From positions 628,521 to 692,520 of the forward strand of contig NC_069005.1 of the NCBI RefSeq assembly GCF_001194135.2: 64,000 nt of DNA, read 5' to 3'. The notes beneath the pieces were generated by a model. That model was not told the DNA's origin. It saw nothing but the letters and a program-made list of their open reading frames with translations, and made no database searches. Source of the stretch: Octopus bimaculoides (taxonomy: Eukaryota). Position numbers and translations under genes: made by a program. How positions within the stretch are numbered: the stretch's first letter is position 1; each line of letters starts with the position of its first letter. Below, one piece after another: positions 1 through 64,000 of the stretch.

Positions 1-362
1 AAACCAGTTGGTAAAACGAACGTAAGGAGGTACATTAATCTTTCACAAGAATTCTCGAGACTGTCAGAAAGAATGATTGTTAAATAGCTTCCTCTTTTGA
101 GTTTGTGTGTACTGACGGCTTGTCTTGAATATCATTCGGTTAATGTAGTCAAGTAGATCCGGGGGCAAACCGAGGAGGGGGTCTCGCTAGGGTCTTTCAC
201 TACCAGTCATACAATCTGCATAATCCTATATATTTACTTATTTCAACTATGCTATAGTTTTCCCAAGATCTATGCTGTGTGTGTACAAACATACACCCAC
301 ACACAAATATATACATAAACGCACGCACACACATATATATATACGCACGCACACACAGACAC

Positions 363-395
<33 letters not shown>

Positions 396-1859
396 CACGC
401 ACACACACACACATATATACACACATTTTTTTGATATCGCAAAGGGATTAATTGCTGTTTGGTCAGCTGTCGATTTTTACCCATTTCCGTTCTGCCAACA
501 TCTTCAACCGCACCATCATTTATCCTTATTTTTTTCTTTTATTTCCCCCCGTCTTTCCATTCTGCACCTCCACTCTATACAAGGCCATAACCACCATCTT
601 CTCTCGTACAAAACACTTGTCCGACACTTACCACCATCGAACCACTCATTACACACCAAGCCAACCATCCGTCCACCACATCTCCATCATGCTTTACCAT
701 CGTCTCACCGCCACTTCTATATATTTTTTCTTTTTTTACCCCTTTCCTTCCGACAATAGTATGGGAGTCCTAGGTACAATGACAGCTCCTCCAAAACTCT
801 GCTGTACAAAAAGACAAAACCAAAAAATGCATCAAACAATAAAAATAAATGAAAATTGGACGGTCACGGCTGGAATGTCTCCCCCCATTCCATGTGACTT
901 TAGCCTTAAACTTCTATTTTCTCCTTATTTCAAACCTCAGCTCTAACAATCTTTTGCTTTACAGTTTCCATGAGAGAACCTCTTTTATCTTTTTTTATTT
1001 CTGATTGCCATTTTATTTGTCTATTTATTTTTCTCCGAAATATACCAATCTCGCCTTATTTAGTCATTTTTCTCGACTCCGGCTGGTCCGACTCTGTAGT
1101 TGCTGCTCCACTTCAAATGTCACCACCTCCTCCTCCACCGCCACCACCACTGCTATGACCATCGCCGCCGCCATCAAAACAACAATAACAAAAAACTACC
1201 AGTCACCCACCCACTTTTGTTGTTCTGTTTGCCGATTCGGGTATATTTTTGAATGTTGTTTATTGATACATCTGTTCGATCCTGTTAGGGGTGTGTGTCT
1301 GTGTTATTGCCGTGTTAAGCATTACAGATCCGTAATTAAATCTGTTTGTTAATGAAAGACAATTTGCTTTGCGTGTCTAAATAGATTTCATTAAATCTTC
1401 CTCTTTCTCTCCCATACACACCCACATTATATATGCATGCACATATATATGTATGTATACATATATACTGATTTGTGAATGTGCATATATATATATATAA
1501 TGTGTGTGTGTGTGTGCATACGCTTTTTCAAAAACAAACAAAGAAAGCAATATTCTATATTCTTGAATAATTACAAAATATTCTACAAAAATATATTTTT
1601 AAGAAATGGACTTCCGCGACTAGTTTTAACACTGACTGGGCAATTCAATTTTTTTTAAAAATTGAAAAGGTACTGAGACATTTTGCTACAATCATTAATT
1701 ATGTTTATAATAATTAGTAATATCTATTATAATTAATAATGCCTTTTCTGACGATGTCAACAAAACGTATGATGAGAAATAATATTTTTTAAAAAATACC
1801 AACATTTCCATTTAGTAACTTGTATTTTAAGTATAACCTTTTAATTTCTGAAGCAAAAA

Positions 1860-2450
1860 CAAACAAAATAAAACTTAAATCTTCTTCGTAGTCGGTGTTG
1901 ACTTCGTAAATTTAATTCTTGCGTGTGTCTTGAGTCCTTAACTTTGGAGTTATTTGTAACGTCGCTCCGGTCGAGTTCGGGGCCCGGCTTCAGACACAGT
2001 CGCCGCCTCCCTCATAATTTCATTTTAACCTTGACGTCGTTACCATTTTTCACCATTCTTTCGTGCTTTATCATCTGTGAAAGTAGGTTTCAATCAAGCT
2101 GCGAACTTTGGTCGCTTTTCTGTTTTTTTCATCGATATTGAATAGCAGCCGCGTGCATGGCGGTGACGAGTGGGTGGGAGCTAAAATATCCTTTGACCCT
2201 TTATCTTTCACTACATTTACACATATGTGCATGTGTGTCATACATTCGTTCGTTTTCTCTTCTTTTTTTTTTTGTTATGGTTTGGGCGGGAACTGATTTT
2301 AAAACCGGATTTTACGGCCGAATACTCTTCCTCACACCAAACCCCACGTTTTTCCGGTTAAGGTTTTTTAAAAATTTTCACAGGTCTTTAATGACCACAC
2401 ACACACGCATACATAAGTCACTGAGGAAGTCTCTACATGCACGCTTGACC
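1860..2450 (+). promoter_or_regulatory. CpG-retaining candidate promoter / non-coding first exon upstream of coronin
   Basis: Dense CpG relative to the background, ATGGCGG (YY1-like core) at 2157, GGGCGGG at 2284, possible donor AAA|gtaggt at 2082/2083. Could instead serve a minus-strand gene outside the window. Confidence 0.45.
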
Positions 2451-3172
2451 TGCTAGAAATAGCTGCCAGGTTTCTCAGATCACATATTATTACAGTCTTT
2501 GAAAAGGGATAACTTGGTTAATGTAACCCAAGGTACACAATTACTGAAAAAAATTAGGGGTTAGTCATAGCTAAAATGTTTTTGATCAGGGGCCTGCTTG
2601 ATTAGGGCTGGCTTTGAGTCTGAACAACACCATCCCTAGGTGTTGTTTCAGGACTGTATGGATGTTATATCAATCCATCCAACCAATGCCAGCATGGAAG
2701 ATGGACATTAAATAATGATGCTGATGTCTGGTTGTTTAAATCACAAGCACAATCCATGTGACAGGCTTCCACACAGTCTCCATCTACCCAACTTTCATTC
2801 ACAAGGCTTGGGTTGACCCAAGGTTTGGGTAAAAAAACAATTTGCCCAAAATGCCCAGCAATTTACGGTTGAACCTAGGGCTCCAAGATAGTGAAGCAAA
2901 CTTCTTGGTTAAGCCTGTGGGCCTATAAGGCATTTGGGGTCAGACTAATGTACGCTTCCTTTACAATTGTGTGAATTGACGGGTTGTGTTGTGATATAAA
3001 GGCTCCCTGATTGGTGGTCAGTTGAACAGTGAGATATGTGGATGCATTGAGTGGACGACACCTAATGTTGGAGGCTGACCATCTTGTATTTTCTCTAGGC
3101 CAACGAGGAAGCAACTGCACTGTGGTCTGACCTCTGAGAAATAGCAACCAAATCACTCCAACGTTTTTAAAA

Positions 3173-3525
3173 GGCATGGCTCAGTGGTTAAGAAGTTTGT
3201 TTCCTAAGCATGTGATTTGGGATTCAGTTCCACTGTGCAGCTGTCTTCTACTCTAGCCCTGGGTCAATCAAAGCTTTGTGAATAAATTTGACTAACAGAA
3301 ACTGAAAGAAGCCCATTGTGTTGTGTGTATGTATAAAGTGTATAAATTTGTGTTTGTGTCCTTTTGCCGTGATATCATGTGATGGTTTTCTAGTTTTAGG
3401 GAAGTACTACCTTACCTGGAAACTAGTGAAGGTTGGTCACAGGAAGGGCATCCAGCTGTAAAGATACCTGCTTCAACAAATTCCATTTGGTCAATGCAAC
3501 CATGGAGAAATGATGATGATGATGA
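3173..3525 (+). mobile_element. tRNA-headed SINE family A copy
   Basis: A-box-like tggctcagtgg, B-box-like ttcagttcc, core ggaaactgaaagaagccc, (TG)n linker, (GAT)n tail. Many copies in the window. Confidence 0.75.
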
Positions 3526-4019
3526 GTATATTTTGTTGGAAAAGCTATAAATGGTCATGTGACTAACAAGTTTATTTCTCAATAGAGTAGAGTTGAAAGT
3601 TCAATCTCTCACCACAGTACCTTGGGAAAGGGTCTTCTTCTGTAGCATCATTAATGCCCTCTGTTAAATATGGTACCCAGAAACTGGTGTTATGGAATGT
3701 ATTTGATGTGGATGTGTGTGTGTGTGTGTGGTAAAAGAGGGGTATCTATGTACAATGTATATGTGTGACATGTTATGGTGTGGTGATGTGTGTGAGGTTG
3801 TAGATTTCTGATGAAATGGGGGAGTGTATATGTTTGTGCCTGAGCCTGTCTCCATGTGTGTGAGTGAGGTGAGTAATTATGTGTGTGTGTGTGTGTGGTA
3901 TGTTCAAGTAGTGCAGATGTGTAGGACGATAGTGTATGATATGGGTGTGTTTATGTGGTGTACGATAGCATGGCGTAATTTAAGCAGAGATACGATCAAT
4001 GGTATGAGATCAGAGGCAT

Positions 4020-4680
4020 GAAGATTATTGACATTAGTCCGGGTGTACCATGATGTATGAATTGGGAGTAGGTTCATCAAAACTGTGATTATGACTACAG
4101 AGGTAGAGAAGGCATGGGACTTGTAAGGAATTGAAGATATGAAGTGGTTGGGGTGGTGATAAAGGGTGGTTGGGGTGGGCAAGGAGAAGGAGAGGTTTGG
4201 ATAGGTAATTGGTGGCAAAGATGGCAAGAAGATCGAAGGAGGAGGAGGGGAGAGATGGTGAAGGTGAGGGTTGAATGGATAGAATTGCTGAAGGTGAATT
4301 GAGTGATGGTAAGAGAGGTGACCATAATACAATCATTGCTGTACTTACTTTAGACTTCATGGGTGGGACCTGTGAACTTGGGCTCTTCCTGGTTCCCATG
4401 GCCATTCCTTTGAATATCGGTAAAATTTACTGTCGAAAGTGGCAATTCAAAGTAAGGACAAGCTCAGCAAGGTAAGGGAGATTAGAAGAGCTTCAGGGCT
4501 CCCTACATAATGTGGGATGATGGTGAGTTAGGGATTTGATATCTCAAGTGGAGAATGGAGGAGCTTGGTGGGAAGAAGAAGAATGAGTTGGAGAGGTGAA
4601 GAATGGGATTTTCTTGAATAGGAGACGGAAGGGTAGTGACTAAGGGCTGGGGAACCTTCTCGAGGGGGTGGCATAATTGC
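4020..4680 (-). mobile_element. Degenerate Penelope-like retroelement RT fragment
   Basis: Minus-strand translations LAELVLTLNC, KGMAMGTRKSPS and TFSNSIHSTLTFT resemble PLE RT motifs (GxAMGTRMGPSYANLF; NSFHPALKFT). Multiple frameshifts. Confidence 0.65.
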
Positions 4681-5321
4681 TAGTGGTTATGACGGGGTGA
4701 CCAGAGTCATTATATTTATGAATTTGGCAAAGGAAATAGGTGGTGGGGTGCGAACAATATAGTTGGGGTCAGTGGGGGAAACGACAAAGTGATGAGATTT
4801 TTTTTTATAGTGGTGGACAGAAGAAGTTGAGTAGGGGTGAGGGTCTGATAGAAGGGGTTAATAGAAGAAGGGTGTGTTCTATTGGCTTAATACTTCCTCC
4901 CTATAGAGGCCTGTTTACCATACATCTACTTCACCACCTTTATCGGCTGATTTCATCACAATTATATTTTTGCATTGGGGTTGGTCAGTGTGATGTGCTC
5001 AGTTTGAGTAACGTTGAAGCAATGCAATCACTTAAAAAAGTCAAAAGAGTACACTGGTGACAGCATCCAGGGTTTCAAATTGACCTGGGGACCAGTATGC
5101 AATTGGAGCATTGATGGTCAAAGGTAGTAGAAACCACAGCTGGAAGCCCTTCCTAATGCCAATCATTTTGCAGAGTGCGCTGGGTGCTTTTTTTTATTTG
5201 ACACCAGATTGCAGTGAGGTCACCAAGTAACTTGCAAGACAAGACCCCCTCAACTGAGTGGGGAGTAGTCGTGAGGGAGGTGGCTTTGTGCCAGGTGTGG
5301 AGAGGTTAGGGTATGAATAGA

Positions 5322-5785
5322 GGGACAGTCGATAACATCGTTGCCAGTGCTAACTTGGAACTTATTTTATCAACCCCAAAAGGATGAAAGGCAAAGTTGA
5401 CTTCTACGGGATTTGAACTTAAATAATAATTTTTCTTTATTAGCCACAGGGGCATAGATGAGGGAAATCACAAGGACACCGTCCTTAGTTTTTGTGTTGT
5501 CCTAAATATTTATTTCTAGCCCTTAAAGAAAAGTATTATAAAGAAAAGTATTATTGTCCTTTTCTTTATAATACTTTTCTTTAAGGGCTGGAAATAAATA
5601 TTTAGGACAACACAAAAACTAAGGACGGTGTCCTTGTGATTTCCCTCATCTATGCCCCTGTGGCTAATAAAGAAAAATTATTATTTGAGTTCAAATCCCG
5701 TAGGAGTCAACTTTGCCTTTCATCCTTTTGGGGTTGATAAAATACGTTCCAAGTTAGCACTGGGAACGATGTTATCGACTGTCCC
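5322..5785. repeat. Long inverted repeat: 227-bp arms (5322-5548, 5559-5785), 10-nt spacer
   Basis: Direct reverse-complement comparison, about 5 mismatches. Confidence 0.95.
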
Positions 5786-7293
5786 CTTCCCTAAAACTTC
5801 GGGTCTTGTGCCCATAATAGAAAGAATTATCATCATCATCTTTTGGCAGAATGAAAGTCTGTATCACAGAACCGGCGAACATGCCGGACCAGAATTAATA
5901 TTTCATCGACTGAGATCAAACACCTTTACCGATCGACTTTTGCCTTTTGTTATTCTGCTGACTGGTGGATCGACAAAGTACCAGTCATACACTGTTTCGA
6001 TATAATCGATCCGTAATAATCTGATTTCTCTCTTCCTTAAAAAAAAAAAAATTGAAATTCATGGCTTTGTTCCTTTGTTAGAGAAGAATTACTCCAATTG
6101 GCAGAAACTGCATTCGATGACTTCGACATTTTTATTTACATCTCTTTTTCGTGCCAAAATCAACTTCTTTTTTCCTTCTTCTTTTGCCTTCCTTTCTTCC
6201 TTACTTCAGATGATGAGGGAAAATGTACTCGTAATATACTTGAGTTAATTCGATCGCCTTTCACTACACACCTCTTGCAAACTCGTGGCCTCCTGCCAAT
6301 GTTAAGGAAGAAGAAATCATTAAATATTCCAGCAGATAGGATAGATAGATGGTTATTAAGCTGATAGGCTAAGCTCAACCAGCCCAGCGTTGTTGTAAAA
6401 AGGAAGAAACCACCGACATATGGATGACACATCCAATCCTCCTACCACTGCTTCCTCATCCCTCTTAGCCTCTGCCGCCCCCCTCCCGCCTCTGCCGACT
6501 AACCCTCTTTTGTCTACATTTAAGCTTCATACAACCGTCACTCCTCCCCCTCCTACTTTCATTGTTTCCACTTCTTCCTACTCTCCTCTCTCTTCCCTTC
6601 TTTTTCCTTTTCTCTCTTCTTCTGCATGTCTCTTTCTTTCTTTCTTTCTTACAACTACTACTATAGCTACTAATAATACAACTACTAATGCTATTATTGT
6701 TTTTTTTCCTCTGATTGTTCATATGTTCTTTTGTTTTGTTCTTTAATTCTACTACTTCTGCTGCTGCTAATATGGAGATCGTGTATTTTTCTCCTTCCTT
6801 TGTTACTGTGCAATAAACTCATTTTTTCTTTTTCTCTCTCTCTCTCTCTTTTGCAGAGGAAGAAGCTTAGTCTGGGTTCGGGCAATTTGCAGAAAACATC
6901 AACGATTACTGGGGAGGACACGGATTCATTATTACCCCTGGTTTGGTACACAGATATTTCTGTTGCAAAGTGGCTTGAACTTATAATAGATACATACATG
7001 CATACATAACATAAGAAAATAGACATAGATTAGGAGATAACATTTTATGCCCAGCTAAAAGCACGTGCACATAATATATATATCTTTATGCATATACACC
7101 CTCGATCATTCAATACAGTGAGATATACAACTGCAGGCATCTAAATGTATTACATATTAAATGACAGAGAGTTCTTTTAAACCCACCTCCACTAAACTCA
7201 TTGCCTGTCGACTTGTCCACCTCCCTCTCTCTTCCTTCACGTTTTTAACATTCGTCAAATAACCACACAAGATAGACTTACAAACAGCACTAA

Positions 7294-7338
<45 letters not shown>

Positions 7339-7392
7339 TTCCGGCAGGCACACACATACAGACATAGAGTCGAATATCTAGCATTAGATTAG

Positions 7393-58947
<51,555 letters not shown>

Positions 58948-59711
58948 AAAGTACATTTTGACATCTTTTGGGTTTTGTTTGTTTTGTTTTTTTCCTTCTA
59001 GCCTGATTTCCTTTCCTGTTTTTTTAAAATTTGATTGCTTTTGGGTTATTATTTATTTTTATTATATAAAAAGAATATTTTGTTTTGGGTTCTGTTGTAG
59101 AACTGCCTGGTTTTCAAAATGTACATCTGTTTCCAACATTGATAATGAGATGCGACCGTTCATAACTTGTACAATTCTAAGCAATCCGTTGCAATAGAAA
59201 CAGACATGCACAACCAACTTCTCCTTTGCCAGGCAATTCTACAAACGAGCCTTTGTTTTCCCTTTTATTTTTAGTAAAACTTAGTTATGAGCTTGCATGG
59301 TAACTGACAAATTGTGTGCGAGTTGTTTTTAGAGATTTCAATATATTTTAATACACACACACACACACATTGACAAGTCAGGAAGCTAAAAGCAAATCTT
59401 TTCCTTTATTAAGATAACTCTGTAGTAATAAGATTTAAAAAAAGTCATGATAATCTTTAAGTTTAAATTGTAAATCCCAGCAAATCTGTTGGTAATTTGC
59501 TTCAATTCCTAATTGAAGTTGCTTAACTTGTGTTCCTTATACTTTGAAGAAATCCTGAACATCTCTTTCCCAAATATTCGATGAATTTATGAAAAATCAA
59601 ATTAATTAACATGAAAATGTTCTGAAGAATTATTTTAATACCATTACAATGAAAGACTGGAATGTATTCTATAGATTTTGGAAATATTTTTCCGCATCTT
59701 GGTTAGGATGA

Positions 59712-59717
59712 AATAAA
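59712..59717 (+). terminator. Candidate polyadenylation signal AATAAA for coronin (3'UTR ~0.8 kb)
   Basis: First canonical hexamer I noticed after the stop codon, followed by T-rich sequence. Not tested against transcripts. Confidence 0.4.
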
Positions 59718-60322
59718 ACATTTTCTCATCTAGGAGAATCATACTTTCTTTGGACATGCATTGCATTTTAGATCTCTCGTTTCTTTTCATCATTTGTTGC
59801 ATTTCTTAACATTTTCTTATACTCTGAGATATTAGAATCTTCTTTGAGTTCTCTCCCACACGTACATGCTTCCAAATATAAACCAATCAATTTATTCCAA
59901 TATCATATCAAAGACGTAATGATTTTCATTGTCTCATGAAATTGTGGAATTGGTCTTCTTGGATATGTTGACAATGTCTTCTTCTCTTCAAATTTTTACC
60001 TTACAATATTCTTGATTTTTTTCAGCTGGTTTTATTCCTCTACAACTGTTACAATTTCTTTGTTCATTCTTCTTCCATTCCACTCTGTTGCATCAAGAAT
60101 TGATTCCCATTTTAATCCAACCTCTTCCATTCTTGTCTCAGACCTGGAGACTCTGGTCTCAGGAACCATACTCTTGGAATGCTGATGACACCAGCAAAAC
60201 ACATCTTCTCTCTGACAAACCCACAGAGAAGAGAATTATTAAATTACTGTTGCATGTGCAGTGAGTGATGTTATTGTGGGATTCTTCCAAACAGCTAAGA
60301 GGAATGGCCAGAGACGCACTAA

Positions 60323-60412
60323 TTTATTAGCTTGACCATCAGAGTACTCTTTTAGTACTTTATCAGCTTGGCCATCAGAGTACTCTCTTAGTACTTTGTC
60401 AACTTGGCCATC
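60323..60412. repeat. 36-bp tandem repeat x~2.5
   Basis: tttattagcttgaccatcagagtactcttttagtac / tttatcagcttggccatcagagtactctcttagtac / tttgtcaacttggccatc. Confidence 0.85.
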
Positions 60413-60479
60413 TCTGGCATTTTTCTTTGACAAACTATTCATCATCGTTGTCTTTTCCATAAGACAGAATTTGTGAAGG

Positions 60480-60825
60480 CAGATTTCCTACGGTTGGATG
60501 CACTTCCTGTCACCAACCCTCACCTGTTTACAACTAAGGTCATATTTCCCCACAACAAGACATGTTTTATGGAAGATTAGAAACTTATATGATGGTGACA
60601 CTCGTTTGCAACCATTATGTGATGTTGAGACAAGGATGGACGTGCACACACACGTACGTGTGAGTGACAGGCCTGTTTCTCTTCCTGTCTGCCAAATCCA
60701 CTCACAACGCTTTGGTCAGTATGAGGCTATGGTAGAAGACACTTGCTTAAGGTGTTGTGCAGTGGGATTGAACCTGAGACTACATGGTTTGGAAGTAAGC
60801 TTCTCCACCACACAGTCACCTCTGC
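60480..60825 (-). mobile_element. SINE family A copy downstream of coronin
   Basis: Reverse complement of the full family A structure. Confidence 0.7.
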
Positions 60826-63800
60826 CCCTATTGGACAGACCCCCTGTCTTCACCCTTTCACCCACATGTCTCTCCCTCCATAAATGTTGTGGGCTCACCA
60901 TTCATGTGATGGGATTTAGAAGATCCTAGTTAATACAATTTGTTCTCAGGCATTAAAATCCCCCTTTATTGTTTGTTTTAATCTACATAATCCAAATCTT
61001 TAATCTTGCTTCTTTTTCTTTCTTTCCCTCTTACACTTCAATTGTTTTGCAATCTCTCTCTCTCTTCAATCCCTTGTTCTGGAATGATCTCTTACCTATT
61101 TGAATAATTTCATGAAATCCCAGTTATTTAAATCGTTGACAGTTTCCAGTGTTCTGCTGTGTCTGTTGCAAATTGTTCAACTCCTCATTGGCTCAGTCCA
61201 CATGGCTGTAAACAGGTATAATGAGTAGTGTTGAATATTTCTTTAATTGCAGTGCTGTGTTGAAGTATTTTTAAGGGGCTGGGATCAGTATGTGTCCTCA
61301 GTTTCACTTCATTGTCTCTATCACCATTTCAACAAGGGAGTTTCTCTGATTGCTTGTCTCTCTAGAAATAGCAGCCAAATTTCTCTTACATTGGTAGAGT
61401 GGACATTAAAAACACACACATCTTATTAGATAATGTAGTATAGATATCTGATACCAGAGAAAAACAAAAAAATAGAGAGGGATGGTCATTGCTGGCATAA
61501 CTTTGACCACAGGTCTGCTCAAAACAACAGGCATTATCACTATTAGAATAAATAATGTTGTTGTTGTTGTTGTTGTTAAGGTTAAATTTTATTTGGTGTT
61601 CATTTTTAAATTTTATAAATATTTTCCCAAACTGTTCAAATGCCAGCCATAAAATTTCATTAGATCAACTTTCTTCTGACATTTAAAAATAGTTTTGTTC
61701 CAGTTTTATGTGGTCTAAATATTTATCCGTTTTATTACAACAACCAAGTTTGAGGGTAAGTGTGGGGTGTATTGGGGAGTTTGTGATAAATAGTTAAAAC
61801 AAAAAGCTCACTTGTGATGTGATCTGCAAAATTTCTGTGAAGAATTTGATTGTCAGAAGTGAAGAATTGTAAATTTTGTCAGAAAGTTTCCTCTCTTATG
61901 TGAGACCTTGAATAATATTACTGCTGTTGTTGGCCATGAGTTTAGTAAACCAAGGAATACGGTATCTGGAAAGTTTTCTGTTAGATTAATGCCAGGACTA
62001 AGTCAGATTTAGAGATAAAATGTCAAAATGTTGATTGGGTATTTGGAAAGAATTTTAGACAACAAAATATTGGTCATTTGACAAAATCTCAGAACCGTAG
62101 ACTCTAAGATGTAAAATATGTCCTACACAAACTCATCTTCAGATCAAAACAGTAAAACTGAAATGTTCTGGAATGTTTTTTTTTTATGTTTTTTGGTTTT
62201 AGTTTTATTTCTTTATGACTTTGTAGTTTTGTGGTGGTTTTTTTGTGTCATATGTTTTATTCAATATCTAAATGGTGTATTCATTGTGGCTAATATTATT
62301 ATTATCATTGATAAACCAACAGGAATTTGAGCTTTAATAATTCAGATTCACCTCATTTCAAATCCTGTGAATTTCATTGTCACGACTTCAAGAATTGTAC
62401 ATTTTTTTTTCTGTTTTGTCAACAAGTTCATCTCTAATGCCAAACTGAATTCTATCACCTCTGCATACCATTCAAAGTTGAGTGTTGATAGGCTATAAGT
62501 GTGCTAAATCAAAGTAATATTGCATCTAAAGTCTTTTATAAGATTAAAGCCAGGATTAAGATGGATTTGGAGATAAAATACCCAATTGTCAATTGAGGAA
62601 AGAATGCTTGACCACAAAATATTTGATCAAATCTTATGGTGATTTGATCAAATTGCCAGATTTGAATCCAACCAATACAGTAGATAACTCACCTGTAGCA
62701 AGTGTATCAAATGAAGATTACTGTTGATCCCTGGATGGTTGAAAGTATTTGTTTTGTCCAATGATGAGGGACGAATCAGTCCAGACAAATTATGGCATGG
62801 AGTAAGAGATGAAGTCCAATTGAAAATGGCTGAATTAGTTTATATTGTAGTGTTTTCTTGTTTTAAAAAGTAATTTTAATGGAAAGAAGTAAAGTAAGAG
62901 GAACAAGACAGCGAAAGCAAAATATGTCTTTAACTGCAGGAGAGAGAGAGAGAGAGAGAGAGGCACCAGTTTCACTGCAGAAAGAATTCTGCTGCATGTA
63001 GAGACTGTTCCCTGTGCACTCATTGCACTTACTGGCAACTCCTGCTTCCAGAAAACGAAGCGAGGACTCTACACACAAATGGTATTCTCTTCGTTTCCCA
63101 TCTCTTCTGCTGCCTCAGCTCATAGACTCACATATAGACATTAGTTTCAGTATCACAAATCATGTAACTCTAGGCAAATAACATACACAATTGTAATTTT
63201 AAATGTCATTTCTTTTTAACGCTGCCTTGTCCAATGAACTGAGGCTATGGTACCATGTGGCCTTAAACCCTGGCCACCAAAATCTAAGAAACGTTCAGTC
63301 AAAATTTTGATGGAAAACTTACAAAGAATGGCAATCTCTTATTTTTAGTAGAAAAGGTCTTTTTTCTTATTGTTTCAAGTCAAACTTCTGATTGTTTATG
63401 TTTTGAAAATGTAGTTAAAAACCCCAGTTTTTATTGGAATATATCCTACATTGGCGATGAGTTCCTGGCAACGAGAATAAACCATGTCTAATCCTCTTTC
63501 ATAGCCCATCAAATGTTTGTCAAAATTCAGCTGATGTTAAACAGGAGTTTCACCTGACACCTTCAGGTATTCGATGATAATAATAATAATAACAACAACA
63601 ACAACAACAACAATGAGTAGAACTTGATATTCTAAGATAGAAGAAAGATGTTTGACTTGTACTCTTTTGCTTTTGTATCTGGATGCATGGGACGAAGCAC
63701 ACATTAACACAGGCTGCTGCACATTTTGCATAACAACACCAACACGTGCTTCTTTGTTGCTACTAACATATTTTACATTGAAATGCATACACAGCTGTCT

Positions 63801-64000
63801 GTGTACACACCATCATAAACGCATACTTTATACACACACACCTGTTTGGGAGACCAATTACCAAATTATTATTTAGTGATTTTAGAAAGAATTCTTTCCT
63901 TATGTTCACCCTTTTGATGCCAACCCACCAGTGACCACTTCTGGTTCTCTAATCCAAATTAAAATATTCCATTAAAATTTCATGTTAATTTGTTCCAAAC

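Noticed and set aside
452-946. 164-aa plus-strand ORF
   Set aside because: Low-complexity C/A/T-rich sequence plus a dispersed repeat fragment; no domain signature.
3173-3240. tRNA gene
   Set aside because: Only A/B-box-like SINE heads are present; no cloverleaf or anticodon arm. No rRNA or tRNA genes seen in the window.

Overview
AT-rich, microsatellite- and SINE-dense animal genomic DNA. The repeat families and style suggest an octopus/cephalopod genome (inference, no database check). The window holds one complete + strand protein-coding gene: a short, single beta-propeller coronin. I assembled it by hand from 10 GT-AG exons (7456..58947; 1662 nt, 553 aa), all phases consistent, with a 40,061-bp first coding intron, a 123-aa Pro/Ala-rich linker exon and a C-terminal coiled coil. 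Most other ORF-track calls are microsatellite, N-gap or antisense-TE artefacts. Introns and flanks contain decayed RTE-, Penelope-, CR1-like and RLE-type retroelements, a hAT (Charlie/Buster-like) transposase fossil, TTAA (piggyBac-type) and TA (Tc1/mariner-type) MITEs, and two tRNA-headed SINE families. Best second-look items: (1) a 464-bp, ~98% perfect fold-back palindrome 1.7 kb upstream of the ATG; (2) CpG-retaining patches in intron 1, one with a tight MEF2/CArG/GC-box cluster and one with an in-frame candidate alternative first exon; (3) a phase-consistent chain of upstream exons that could extend the N-terminus; (4) twin LINE fragments sharing one frameshift; (5) an exact 42-bp sequence copy. 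I found no evidence for a wholly new biological system; these findings are hypotheses.
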